Shown here one piece after another: positions 9,027 to 19,915 of a stretch of DNA of 64,000 nucleotides (the stretch's first letter is position 1; the number at the start of each line of letters is the position of its first letter). A model generated the notes under the pieces. That model saw only the letters and a list, made by a program, of their open reading frames with translations, was not told the origin of the DNA and did not search any database. The translations under genes were made by a program, and so were the position numbers. Source of the stretch: Planctomycetota bacterium (GTDB taxonomy: Bacteria; Planctomycetota; UBA1135; UBA2386); assembly GCA_965223545.1 (NCBI GenBank), contig OZ245006.1, positions 384,001-448,000 of the forward strand. Reading direction: 5' to 3'.

Positions 9027-10259
9027 CTACTCGTTGGGGACGTAGTACGTGCGCTCCTCGATGCGGCCGTAGCGGTTGAGGATCTTGGCGGTGAACGCGC
9101 GGACTCCGGCGCGGTACTGCTTCTTGCCCACCGACAGGGCCTCGGCCTTGCTGCGCACCGGCACGCCGTTGAGCTCCAGCAGCACGTCCCCGGCCTGCAC
9201 GCCGAACCGCTGCATCCTGGGCGACACCTTGTTGACGATGACGCCGCGAATGCTCCCGCTGCGCGAGGTGTAGGTGCGCAGCGAGATGTCCTGGTGGAAC
9301 ACCTCCTCGGCCTGCCGGGTCAGCATCTCGTTGTCCTGCCGGCTGATGTGCCATTGGCCGGGCTCCACCGCCTTGGTGCGGGCGCCGACATCCTGCCACT
9401 GACCGCCCGGCGCCTGCGCCGCGGTCGCTTCGCCACGCGGCCGTGGCGCCGTGTCGGCCGACACCGCGCCGTTCTCGCTGAGGTGCTCGAAGACCTCGTC
9501 GTCCAAGTCCAACACCTTGTGGAACACCCGCTCCTCGGCCGCCACTCCCTCCGGCAACTTGCCCTCGCGGCGGAACACCACCGCCAGCGGCCGCTCCTGC
9601 ACCGACGCCATCACGACGTCGCTGTACGGCTCCCACAGTGAATCACCGATCGCCAGGTGGTGGTAGAGCGCATCGTCGCCCCCGAACGTCGGCATCGGCG
9701 AGACCGGCCGCGCCCCGGGTTGCTGGTTGCCCGGCCGGCGGCCGCGCCCGCGATTGGCGAGTGCCGGCGCCGCCGGGGTCACCGGCGCCGCGCCGACGTC
9801 GCCCGGTCCACTGTAGCTGCCCTCGCCGTCGCCACCGCCGAACTTGCTCGGCGGCCGCTGCACGTTGGCCTCTGGCTTGTAGCGGACCACGCACGTCGAC
9901 TCGCCATTGGACATGAAGACGGCGCAGTCGACGTCGAGCAGGTCCTTGATCGGCGTCACCGTCTGCACCACCGGCTCTTCCTCCACCGGCGCCGCGACCT
10001 CGACCGGCTTGGGCGGCAGCTTGCCGATGAAGTTTGCCTGCCGGAACTGCTCCCACCAGGCCTGGCTGGCCTGGGAATAGTCGTCGCGGAGGTCGTCCGG
10101 CGTGCGCTCGCGGCCGGCCTGCAGGGTGGCCTGGGTCTCCTCGCTGATCGCCGCTTGCTGCGACGGCGGGATCTGCATGCTCTCGTAGAACAGATAACCG
10201 CTGCCGCCGGCCAGGCCGAGGGAGCTCAAGTACAGCAAGCTGTTGATGGGAAGCTTCAT
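9027..10259 (-). CDS. Membrane-anchored protein with C-terminal PDZ domain (GspC-like)
   Basis: N-terminal TM helix, Pro/Gly-rich linker, C-terminal FGVQAGDVLLELNG PDZ signature. Confidence 0.65.
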   Translation of the reverse strand: MKLPINSLLYLSSLGLAGGSGYLFYESMQIPPSQQAAISEETQATLQAGRERTPDDLRDDYSQASQAWWEQFRQANFIGKLPPKPVEVAAPVEEEPVVQTVTPIKDLLDVDCAVFMSNGESTCVVRYKPEANVQRPPSKFGGGDGEGSYSGPGDVGAAPVTPAAPALANRGRGRRPGNQQPGARPVSPMPTFGGDDALYHHLAIGDSLWEPYSDVVMASVQERPLAVVFRREGKLPEGVAAEERVFHKVLDLDDEVFEHLSENGAVSADTAPRPRGEATAAQAPGGQWQDVGARTKAVEPGQWHISRQDNEMLTRQAEEVFHQDISLRTYTSRSGSIRGVIVNKVSPRMQRFGVQAGDVLLELNGVPVRSKAEALSVGKKQYRAGVRAFTAKILNRYGRIEERTYYVPNE

Positions 10260-10395
10260 GCGGATCGCCTGACCGCGGAGTGTAACGACCGCGCCGCGGG
10301 CCACCAAGGCGAGCGCTGGCCGAACCGCGCCAGGCTACGACGCCGAGCGGACCGGGATCTTCCAGGAAAGACCGCGCGGCGCCCGCGCCGGAGGA

Positions 10396-11493
10396 TCAGA
10401 CCATCACCGTGCCGCGGGTGATGCCGCGCATCTGCATCTTCAGCTCCTCGGGGTTGTCCGAGGCCGCCAGCGCCTCCTCCAGGGCGATGTTGCCGGCATC
10501 GAACAGCCGGATGAGCGACTGGTTGAAGGTCATGGTGCCGTAGTGGGTGCCCTCGGACAGCGCGCGCGGTAGCTCGCGGGTGCTGCCCTTCTCGAGCAGC
10601 TCGCGCACGGTCGGCGTGCTGATCAGCAGCTCGACCGCCGGCAGCGAGCCGGTGCCGACCTTGGTGGCGATCAGCCGCATCGAGATGACCCCGGCCAGGT
10701 TGAGGGCGAGCTGCAGCCGGATCAGGTCGTGATGGTGCGGCTCGAAGAAGGTGATGATGCGCTCGACGGTCTGCACCGCGTTGACCGTGTGCAGGGTGGA
10801 GAACACCAGGTGACCGGTCTCCGCCGCCGCCATCGCGGCCTCGGCGGTCTCGCGGTCGCGCATCTCGCCGATCATGATGACGTCGGGCGCCTGCCGCACC
10901 GCGTCGCGCAGCGCCGCCGGAAAGCTGATCGCGTCGGTGCCGATCTCGCGCTGATTGACGATCGAGCGCTTGTCGGCGAACTGGTACTCGATCGGGTCCT
11001 CGATCGTGATGATGTGCTTGGCCTCGGTGCGGTTGATGTACTCGAGCATCGCCGCCAGCGTCGTCGACTTGCCCGACCCCGCGGTGCCGGTGACCAGCAC
11101 CAGGCCGCGCCGGCGGGTGGACAGCTCCTTGAGCGGGTCCACCGGCAAGTGGAGATCCTTGAACGGCGGGATGTCGGTGCGGATGCCGCGCAGCACCAGC
11201 CCGACGTCGCCGCTCTGATGAAACGCGTTGCAGCGATAACGCCCCAGCCCGGCGATGCTGAGCGCTCGGTCGGCCGAACCGCGCTTGCGGAACTTGGCCA
11301 TCCGCTTCTCGCCGAGCACGTGCTCGAGGAACTGCTGCACCACCGCGCGCGGCAGCGGCTGATCGCCCAGAAAGCGGATCCCCTTCGCGGTGCGCACCGC
11401 CGGGCACCCACCGGACTTCAGGATGAGATCCGAGGCCTCGGCCGCTTGCATGGCCTTCAACAGCTGGGTCATCTCGTGTGGCGCGTCGCTCAC
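10396..11493 (-). CDS. pilT: PilT/PilU family type IV pilus ATPase
   Basis: ASDLIL, GTAGSGKSTT, TIEDPIEY, RQAPDVIMIGEMRD, AETGHLVFSTLH; GTG start after GGAGGTG. Confidence 0.92.
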   Translation of the reverse strand: MSDAPHEMTQLLKAMQAAEASDLILKSGGCPAVRTAKGIRFLGDQPLPRAVVQQFLEHVLGEKRMAKFRKRGSADRALSIAGLGRYRCNAFHQSGDVGLVLRGIRTDIPPFKDLHLPVDPLKELSTRRRGLVLVTGTAGSGKSTTLAAMLEYINRTEAKHIITIEDPIEYQFADKRSIVNQREIGTDAISFPAALRDAVRQAPDVIMIGEMRDRETAEAAMAAAETGHLVFSTLHTVNAVQTVERIITFFEPHHHDLIRLQLALNLAGVISMRLIATKVGTGSLPAVELLISTPTVRELLEKGSTRELPRALSEGTHYGTMTFNQSLIRLFDAGNIALEEALAASDNPEELKMQMRGITRGTVMV

Positions 11494-11618
11494 GTGTGTC
11501 ACCTCCCCTCTCCGTATCGGACCGCGACGCGCGGGATCGCTGGGCACTGGCTCGAAATGAGACTGGGCCCGGCTTCGCGCCGGGAGACGCGGCCCCGACC
11601 GCGCCCGGACACCGCGCC

Positions 11619-14574
11619 TCAGAACCCCAGATGCAGGTCGATCCCGTTGCTGAGCGCGAAGCCCAGTGGATCAGGCGTCGGTGCGTGGATGGACTGCAGC
11701 GCCACCCGCAAGCCCAGCAACGCCGGGGTCGCGGGCAACGGCAGTGCGACGGACCACCGCGCGGTTCTCGGCACAACGTTGGCCAACAACACCACAGTCC
11801 ATGCGTCGAGGTAGCTGGTGCAGCCGCCTCGACCGAGCCAGGACGGCTGGCGGGGCCCAGAGGCGAGCAACAGAGCGGGCACCCCGATCGGAGCGAAGTC
11901 GCCGACCACCGACAGCGTCGTGCCGAGGACCGGGTCGGGGCAGCGCAGAACCGGATCGAGGCCGGCGCCGCAGCCGCGGCCCAGGGGGCGCGCAGTCGCG
12001 CCTGGCCGCCACGCCCAGGGCTCGGAACCGATCGACCCATCGCCGCCCGCGAAGAACAGGAACCCCGCACCGAAGTGCATGTCACCCGTCGCCGACGCGA
12101 TGTTGCCGAACTCGAACGTACCGCCGGCGGTACCGTCGGTGACCCAAAGCCCAGTTCCGCTGGTTGGCCGGGTCAGGACCAGCGCCAGACGGCGTGTGCC
12201 GACGGCTTCCAACCCTCTGACGCGAATCCCGGCCGGCCCCGGCTCCAGGTCGGCAACCAAACGCGTCCCCGCCGCAGTGCCATCGGAGACCCACAACTCC
12301 TCGCCGAAGGCGCTGGTGATCGCGGTGAAGAACACCCGATCACCCACGACCGTCATTTGACGTGGAGCGCTGTTGCCGGGCCCTGACTCGATATCCGCAA
12401 CGCGACGCGTCCCACCAGCAGTGCCGTCCGTGCACCACAGCTCGACCCCGCCGCTGTCTCGTGCACTGAAGAACGTCAGGTCATTGGCGACCGCGAACCC
12501 GTCGTACCACCCCGCCGTAGCAATCTGAAGCGTGCCTGCGACGGTGCCGTCGGTGCGCCAGATGCCGTCCGAACGGCCCCACAACACCGAATCTCGATAG
12601 CGTACCAAAGCACTCGGTCCAGTCACGGAGGGCTGCGTGATCAGCGACGTACCGGCGGAGGTCCCATCGGTACGCCACAGCTGGAGCAAAGAACCTTGCT
12701 CGAAGGCCAAGAAGAGCACGACATCCCCGAGCACCGTGAAGTCACGCGGATTGCTCGACTGCGCGCCAGCGAGGTTTCGGACCCAAGTCGTGCCCGCGGG
12801 GGTTCCGTCGCTACGCCACATCTCGGCACCACCGGTGGGCTCGTGCGCGCGAAACAACAGCAGGTCGTCCAAGAACACGAACTCGTCCGGATACGACGGG
12901 GAGGATCCGCGATGGATGTCCTTTACCAGTCGCGTTCCCGCCTCCGTGCCGTCACTGAACCACAGCTCGTTCCCGCGTTGCGCATCGGCAGCGCTGAAGA
13001 ACACGCCTCGACCGTCGGCAATCTGTGACACGCGGCCCACGGTTGAACCGGCGGCCCCGGGATTGAGATCTTTCAGCATCCGCGTTCCGCTGGCCTGGCC
13101 CGATGTGAACCACGGTTCGCGACCGAGTACACCATCGTCCGCCCAGAACAGGACGCCGCCGAACGCTGCGATCGCGTCTCGCGGAGAACTACTGGCCCCA
13201 CCTGATAGCGGCTGCACGAGGTCTCCCGTCAGAACTGTCCCGAACACCGTGCCATCGGTGCGCCACAACTCGTCGCCCGTCGCTCCATCGTCGGCGACGA
13301 AGAACAAGTTGCCGTTGGTCGCGGGGAACAGCTCCGTTGGGTTCGAGCCAACCGCACCCGGATTGAGGTCGACCACCAGCCTCGTGTTGGCCGCGCTCCC
13401 ATCCGAAACCCACAGCTCGCGACCCCGGGCATCATCGTTGACGATGTACAACGCGTCCCGGGTTGCGCCGAGTTCACTGGCCTGCAAACCAGACATGACC
13501 AACGACGTCCCGCTGGCGGTTCCATCCGTTCGCCACAGGTTGGCCGCCAATGCAAACCCAGCCGGCTGGACCGAGGACCGCTCCAAGAAATAGACGTGTC
13601 CTCGAAACGCTCGAGGGGCCCAATACACCGGCATCGTGGTACTGGGCGAGAGCTGCGTGACTCGCTGCGTCCCAGCCACCGTGCCGTCCGTGACCCACGG
13701 ATGAACCCCTGTGCCGTCGTCGGCAAAGAACACGAGCCGGGAACCCAGCCGAGTGAACACCCGAGGTTGGGCGACTCCCAGAGTGGTGCCCGGCGGAATC
13801 GTGGCCAGCTGCATCGTGCCACCCACCGTGCCGTCCGAGACCCAGGGCTGCGCGGCCAAGCCCAAGTCGAGGCACCAGAACACTGCACGGCTGCCGAGAG
13901 CCGTCAGCCCTACGCAGCTCGACGTGGTCAGCTGTCGGAGCTGCGCCGTCACGCCGTCGAACGCCCACAGTCCGTTCGACGACCAGACGAACAGAATGTC
14001 ATCGACCGCGAGCAGCGAGCCCCATACCGCGGAACTGATCGGCCGAACGGTCCCCGCAGAATCCACTGCCCACAGCCCGCTGGGAGAGACGGTCGTGAAG
14101 TACAGCTCGCCCTGAAACGACACCAAGTCCCGCACGCTCAACCACGGTCCTGCACCCGTGATGCTCTGCGTGCCAGCACTGGTTCCATCGCTACGCCAGA
14201 TCTCGCGGCCAACGGCCTGGCTCAACACTGAACAGTAGACGTGCGCACCAACCGTCGTCAGTTGCTCGGGCATCGAGTGCGAAGGACCGGGGGCGATGTC
14301 CGCGACGAGGGTCGCGTCGCCCGGATTCCCATAGGTCCGGTAAGAGCTCACGTCCGAACGGGCCGTTCGCCGAGAAAAACACCGCCGCGCCGAGCTGGGC
14401 CATGGGGACGGGACAAGCGTTGCCAGCCACCGGCGCCTGGTTGAGGTCTCGAATCAAGCTCGGATTGCCCTGCGCTGCGACCGCCGCAAGGGCGACGCTC
14501 ATCACGAGCCAAGCGCGAACGGCGCGCGCAGCGGCTGACGGCGCCGACCGGAGGAGGAACGAGACGTGCTTCAT
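11619..14574 (-). pseudogene. ELWxxDGT repeat surface protein with a 1-nt frameshift near 14342
   Basis: Many ELWxxDGT repeats in ORF 11619..14351. The signal peptide and first repeat sit in another frame (ORF 14191..14586). Removing one T from GAG CTC TTA CCG restores GRELYRTYG. Confidence 0.8.
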
Positions 14575-14706
14575 TGCGGCCCTCACTTGGCGAAGGTGAC
14601 TGGCAGCCTCCGAACCTCGCCAGAGGCTCCCACCGGACGCGGCTCATGCTACTCGATTGATCGAGGTGTGCCGGCCCCGGTCTCGGTGACGATCTCGACG
14701 AGATGG

Positions 14707-15093
14707 CTATCGAGTCAGCTTCGACAGCCATCGGGCGAAGGTGTCTCGGTCGACCCTGTCGGTCGCGAGACCTTCGATCATGACGACGGCCTCCGCGTTG
14801 TCTCCCCGGAACGCCGCGCCGTTGATCCGCAGAAACGTCATGGCACAGGCGAGCGCCGTTCGCTTGTTGCCGTCGACGAAACCGTGGTTCTTGACGATCG
14901 CCTGGGCGTAGGTCGCGGCGAGGATCGCGAGGCTGGACGGCTCGTAGGCCTGGACATTCTTCGGCCTGGCCAGCGCACTCTCGATGAGATTCAGATCCCT
15001 CGTGCCGGGCTCACCGCCGAACAGGCCGATCATCGCCTCGTGGATGGCCAGCGCATCGTCGAGAGTGATCCACCGGGGCTCCGTGGCCGTCAC
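14707..15093 (-). CDS. doc: Doc/Fic family toxin
   Basis: Fic motif HGFVDGNKRT; IESALARP; 128 aa. Confidence 0.92.
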   Translation of the reverse strand: MTATEPRWITLDDALAIHEAMIGLFGGEPGTRDLNLIESALARPKNVQAYEPSSLAILAATYAQAIVKNHGFVDGNKRTALACAMTFLRINGAAFRGDNAEAVVMIEGLATDRVDRDTFARWLSKLTR

Positions 15094-15344
15094 TTCGCCA
15101 GCTCACGCAGAGCATCTTCATAGTGCTCGACGACCTCCCTGAGAGCGGCAAGCTTGTCCTGGAAGTCGCCGTTCTCCACCGATAGCTCCAGCCGCTGCGA
15201 CGTGGGGCACCGCGACAGGATCAGGCGCTCGCCGGCCCGTCGCTTGACCCCCAGGTCGTCGAGCACTTCGACCGGCAAGATCACCCCGAGCGAATTCCCG
15301 ATCTGAGTGAGCCGCAGCGTCTTGGGCGTGGTCAGGTTGGTCAT
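15090..15344 (-). CDS. AbrB/MazE family antitoxin
   Basis: LTQIGNSLGVILP AbrB signature; C-terminal YEDALRELAK; 4-nt overlap with doc. Confidence 0.88.
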   Translation of the reverse strand: MTNLTTPKTLRLTQIGNSLGVILPVEVLDDLGVKRRAGERLILSRCPTSQRLELSVENGDFQDKLAALREVVEHYEDALRELAK

Positions 15345-15385
15345 GGGCCATCTCCGAGCGGAACGCGCAGCCCGCGGGCCACCGC

Positions 15386-15424
15386 GTTATAACAAACGTT
15401 AGAACATCTTACTCGGCATGACAA
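15386..15424 (-). promoter_or_regulatory. Sigma70-like promoter of the TA operon with two palindromic operator boxes
   Basis: TTGTCA (15424-15419) N17 TAACGT (15401-15396); boxes GTTATAAC 15386-15393 and GTTAGAAC 15398-15405. Confidence 0.65.
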
Positions 15425-15479
15425 CCTGCGGGGTTGAGTTGGGATTTGCGTCGCCCCCTTAGCTGGACGGCCCCCTTTC

Positions 15480-16774
<1,295 letters not shown>

Positions 16775-16797
16775 CGCTCAAACCTCTTCTTGGGGCA

Positions 16798-17109
16798 TCA
16801 GCCCGAGATGCCCTCGATGCGAAGCTCGGTGTAGCGCGCGCGAAAACCGACGCGCGAGCGCGAGTTCTTGCGGCGGCGCAGCTTGGCGACCACCAGCTTG
16901 GGCCCCTTCACCACGCCCTCGACCACCGCCGTCACCGAGGCGCCGTCCACGTAGGGCGTGCCGATCCGCGGCTCGTCGCCGCCCACGGCGCACACCTTGT
17001 CGAAGGTCACCGCGCTGCCGGCTTCGAGGGTGGAGTTCAGCGGCACCAGAACCCGGTCGCCCACGGCGACGCGGAACTGTTGATTGCGGTCTTCGAAGAC
17101 GGCGTACAT
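16798..17109 (-). CDS. rplU: 50S ribosomal protein L21
   Basis: [23 protein letters not shown]; rplU-rpmA-obg synteny. Confidence 0.97.
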   Translation of the reverse strand: MYAVFEDRNQQFRVAVGDRVLVPLNSTLEAGSAVTFDKVCAVGGDEPRIGTPYVDGASVTAVVEGVVKGPKLVVAKLRRRKNSRSRVGFRARYTELRIEGISG

Positions 17110-17220
17110 GGCGGGTCTCGCGCGGAAAAAGGGGCAGGGACGATAGCCCTTGGACTGCGCGAATCAAGCGTCTCCGGGACCACCGTCCCACGAGTCGCCT
17201 CGGGCGGGCCGCGGGCGGGC

Positions 17221-19506
17221 TCAGACCCGCACGCCGAGGCCCGCCGGCACCGGCACCCGCGCCTCCTGGCCGTCGGCGGTCAGGAAGCGATAGTGCACCA
17301 TGTCGACCGGGTAGGCGGGCTCGGACTTGACCGCGATCCGCTTGCCGGCGGCCTCCTCGAGGTCGAGCAGCGCCCGCCGCTTGTAGTTGGTCAGGTAGTC
17401 GTCGACCGCGGGCGAGGCGTAGACCTGCAAGATCGAGTAGCCCTTGAGCGGCAGCATGGCGCGGATCTCGCGCAGGGTGGTGACCGCCCGGCTCTGCACG
17501 GTGCGGGTCAACCCGGTGCCCTTGCAGTGCGAGCAGGTGCTGAACACGGTGTGCTTGAGGCCGGGACCGACGCGCTGGCGGGTCAGCTCGAGCATGCCGA
17601 AGGCCGAGATCCGCCCCACTTTGATCCGCGCCCGGTCCCCCTTCAGCGCGTTGATGATGGCCCGCTCCACCCCCCGCCGGTGGCGCTCGTCGGCCATGTC
17701 GATGAAGTCGATGATGATGACGCCGCCCAGATCGCGCAGCCGCAGCTGACGCACGATCTCGGGCACCGCCTCGAGGTTGGTCCGGTACGCGGTCTCCTCG
17801 AGATCCGCGCCAGGCTTGAACTTGCCCGAGTTGATGTCGATCGCCACCAGTGCCTCGGCCTGGTCGATGACGATGCTGACGCCGTTGGGGAGCTCGACCC
17901 GCGGCTGGTAGAGGTTCTGCACCTCGGTCTCGATGCCGAACGAGTGGAACAGCGGCGTGGTCAGCTCGTGCAGGCGGATGCGCTCGGCCATCTTCGGCAT
18001 CAGCTTCTCGGCGAAGTCCTTGATGCGCAGGTACACGTCGCGCGAGTCGACGACCACCTCTTCGATGTCCGGCGAGAACAGGTCGCGCATCGCCTTCAGC
18101 ACCAGGTCGGACTCCTGGTAGAGCAGCGCGGGCGCGCGCGTGCGGCCCAGACGTTGCGCGATCAAGCCCCAGATCTTGTTGAGGTAGTCGCGGTCGCGCT
18201 CGAGGTCGGTCTGGCTCTTGTTGATGCCGGCGGTGCGGACGATGAAGCCGATGCCACCGTTGCCGGTGTTGTCGAGGGCGCGGACGATCTTCTTCAGCCG
18301 CCGGCGCTCCTTCAGCGACTCGATCTTGCGCGACACGCCGCACTTGGGCAGGCTCGGCATCAGCACCAGCGAGCGGCCGGGCAGCGAGATGTAGGTGGTC
18401 AGCGTCGGCCCCTTGGCGCCGATGCCTTCCTTGGTGACCTGCACGACGACCTCTTGGCCCCGCTTGAGGAGCGCGTCGATCGGCGTCGACACCTTGGGGC
18501 GGGATCGGCCGCGGCCGCCACGGCCGGCCTTGGGCGCGGCCTCGGTCGCCACCGCGGTGGCCCCGCCGCGAGATCGCCGGCGGGCGGGCTTCGTCTCGTC
18601 GGCATCGGCGGCCTTGGCCTTGCGCCCGCCGCGCCGGCGCGTCCGACCGCCCTTCGGCCCCTCCGCGGCGCCGTCGCCACCGGCCTCGACGGCGCTCTGC
18701 TGATCCGCGCTCTCCGCCTCGTCGAGGCCGGCGGCGAAGCCGGTGCCGCCGCCGATCGCCTCGGCTTCGCCGGCAGCGTCCGCCGACACCTCGGCATCCG
18801 GCTGCTGGCGCCGCCGCGCGCGCGTGCGGCGCACACCGACTTCGGTGGCGCGACCCGCGTCGGGGTCCTCGTCGTCGTCGTCCTCGGCGTCGTCGCCGGC
18901 GGCGTCGGCGTCCTCGGTGTCGGCTTCCTCGCCGTCGGCCTCCGCGGTGTCCGCGGCCTCGGCGTCGATGTCCGTGTCGGCGGCCTCGGTGTCGGCTTCG
19001 GTGGGGCTCGCCTGTTCGAGCTCCGACTCGCCCCCGCCCGAATCCGGCTCCTCGTCGGCCGACTCGTCACTCGCCGCGGCGGCCGCCTTCGCGGTGCGGC
19101 GCTTCTTCGCCGACTTCGGCGGCGCGTCGCCATTGGCGGCGGCATCCTCCGCCTCGCCGTCGGCGCTGTCGTCGTCGCTGTCATCCAACACCGAGCGCAC
19201 CACGGCCGGCCCCTCGGTGCCGGTCACCCGCGCCCGGCCCTCGACCACGTCGTCGAGCCGGAAGTCGTCGCGGGCGTAGGCGGGCAGCACGTCGGACGCG
19301 TGCAGGAAGCCGTTGGTCCGGCCGCCGAAGCTGACGAACGCCGCGCCGATGCTCGGCTCGATGTTGGCGACCTTGCCCTTGTAGATGTTACCGAGATACG
19401 CCTCCCGGCTGGCAATCTCCACGTGGAGCTCTTGTAGAACTCCATTCTCGACCACCGCGATCCGGCTCTCTTCCGGATCGACGGCGTTGATCAGCATTCT
19501 CTTCAA
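17221..19506 (-). CDS. rne: Rne/Rng family ribonuclease with a long acidic insertion in the S1 domain
   Basis: [59 protein letters not shown] start after GAGAGGA. Confidence 0.93.
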   Translation of the reverse strand: MKRMLINAVDPEESRIAVVENGVLQELHVEIASREAYLGNIYKGKVANIEPSIGAAFVSFGGRTNGFLHASDVLPAYARDDFRLDDVVEGRARVTGTEGPAVVRSVLDDSDDDSADGEAEDAAANGDAPPKSAKKRRTAKAAAAASDESADEEPDSGGGESELEQASPTEADTEAADTDIDAEAADTAEADGEEADTEDADAAGDDAEDDDDEDPDAGRATEVGVRRTRARRRQQPDAEVSADAAGEAEAIGGGTGFAAGLDEAESADQQSAVEAGGDGAAEGPKGGRTRRRGGRKAKAADADETKPARRRSRGGATAVATEAAPKAGRGGRGRSRPKVSTPIDALLKRGQEVVVQVTKEGIGAKGPTLTTYISLPGRSLVLMPSLPKCGVSRKIESLKERRRLKKIVRALDNTGNGGIGFIVRTAGINKSQTDLERDRDYLNKIWGLIAQRLGRTRAPALLYQESDLVLKAMRDLFSPDIEEVVVDSRDVYLRIKDFAEKLMPKMAERIRLHELTTPLFHSFGIETEVQNLYQPRVELPNGVSIVIDQAEALVAIDINSGKFKPGADLEETAYRTNLEAVPEIVRQLRLRDLGGVIIIDFIDMADERHRRGVERAIINALKGDRARIKVGRISAFGMLELTRQRVGPGLKHTVFSTCSHCKGTGLTRTVQSRAVTTLREIRAMLPLKGYSILQVYASPAVDDYLTNYKRRALLDLEEAAGKRIAVKSEPAYPVDMVHYRFLTADGQEARVPVPAGLGVRV

Positions 19507-19915
19507 CGGTGGGTTCCTCTCTGCGAGCGAGAGCGGCGCCTGGGCGGGGCCAGCGCGCGACCACGACAGCGGGGCCCCCTCCGGGCCCGGTCCGGTCGCG
19601 GCGCGCCACTGGCAACGCAGGCCACGGGCGCGCTCTCGCGACGTCGTGCACGCGCGGCCGGGCGCGTGCAGCGCCGCCGCGGAGCTCGATGGGAGCCCTC
19701 GCCACGGGCGCGCTGCGCGCCAACCCTCGCGTGCCAGATTCCATGATGACGGTTCTCGGGCGAGGCCACGCCGGCGCGCCACAAGGCGGCGACGGGATTC
19801 GTTTCGGGCCCCGACCGGTCGGGATGATACGGCAGGAGAACCGCCGGGCGAACCGAATTGTACGGCACCGCCCTTCGGCGGGCGGTGCGCGTCGAGGCAC
19901 GGGCGGCCGGCGCCG

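Noticed and set aside
19718..19736. TGGCACG upstream of rne as a sigma54 promoter
   Set aside because: There is no GC at the -12 position.
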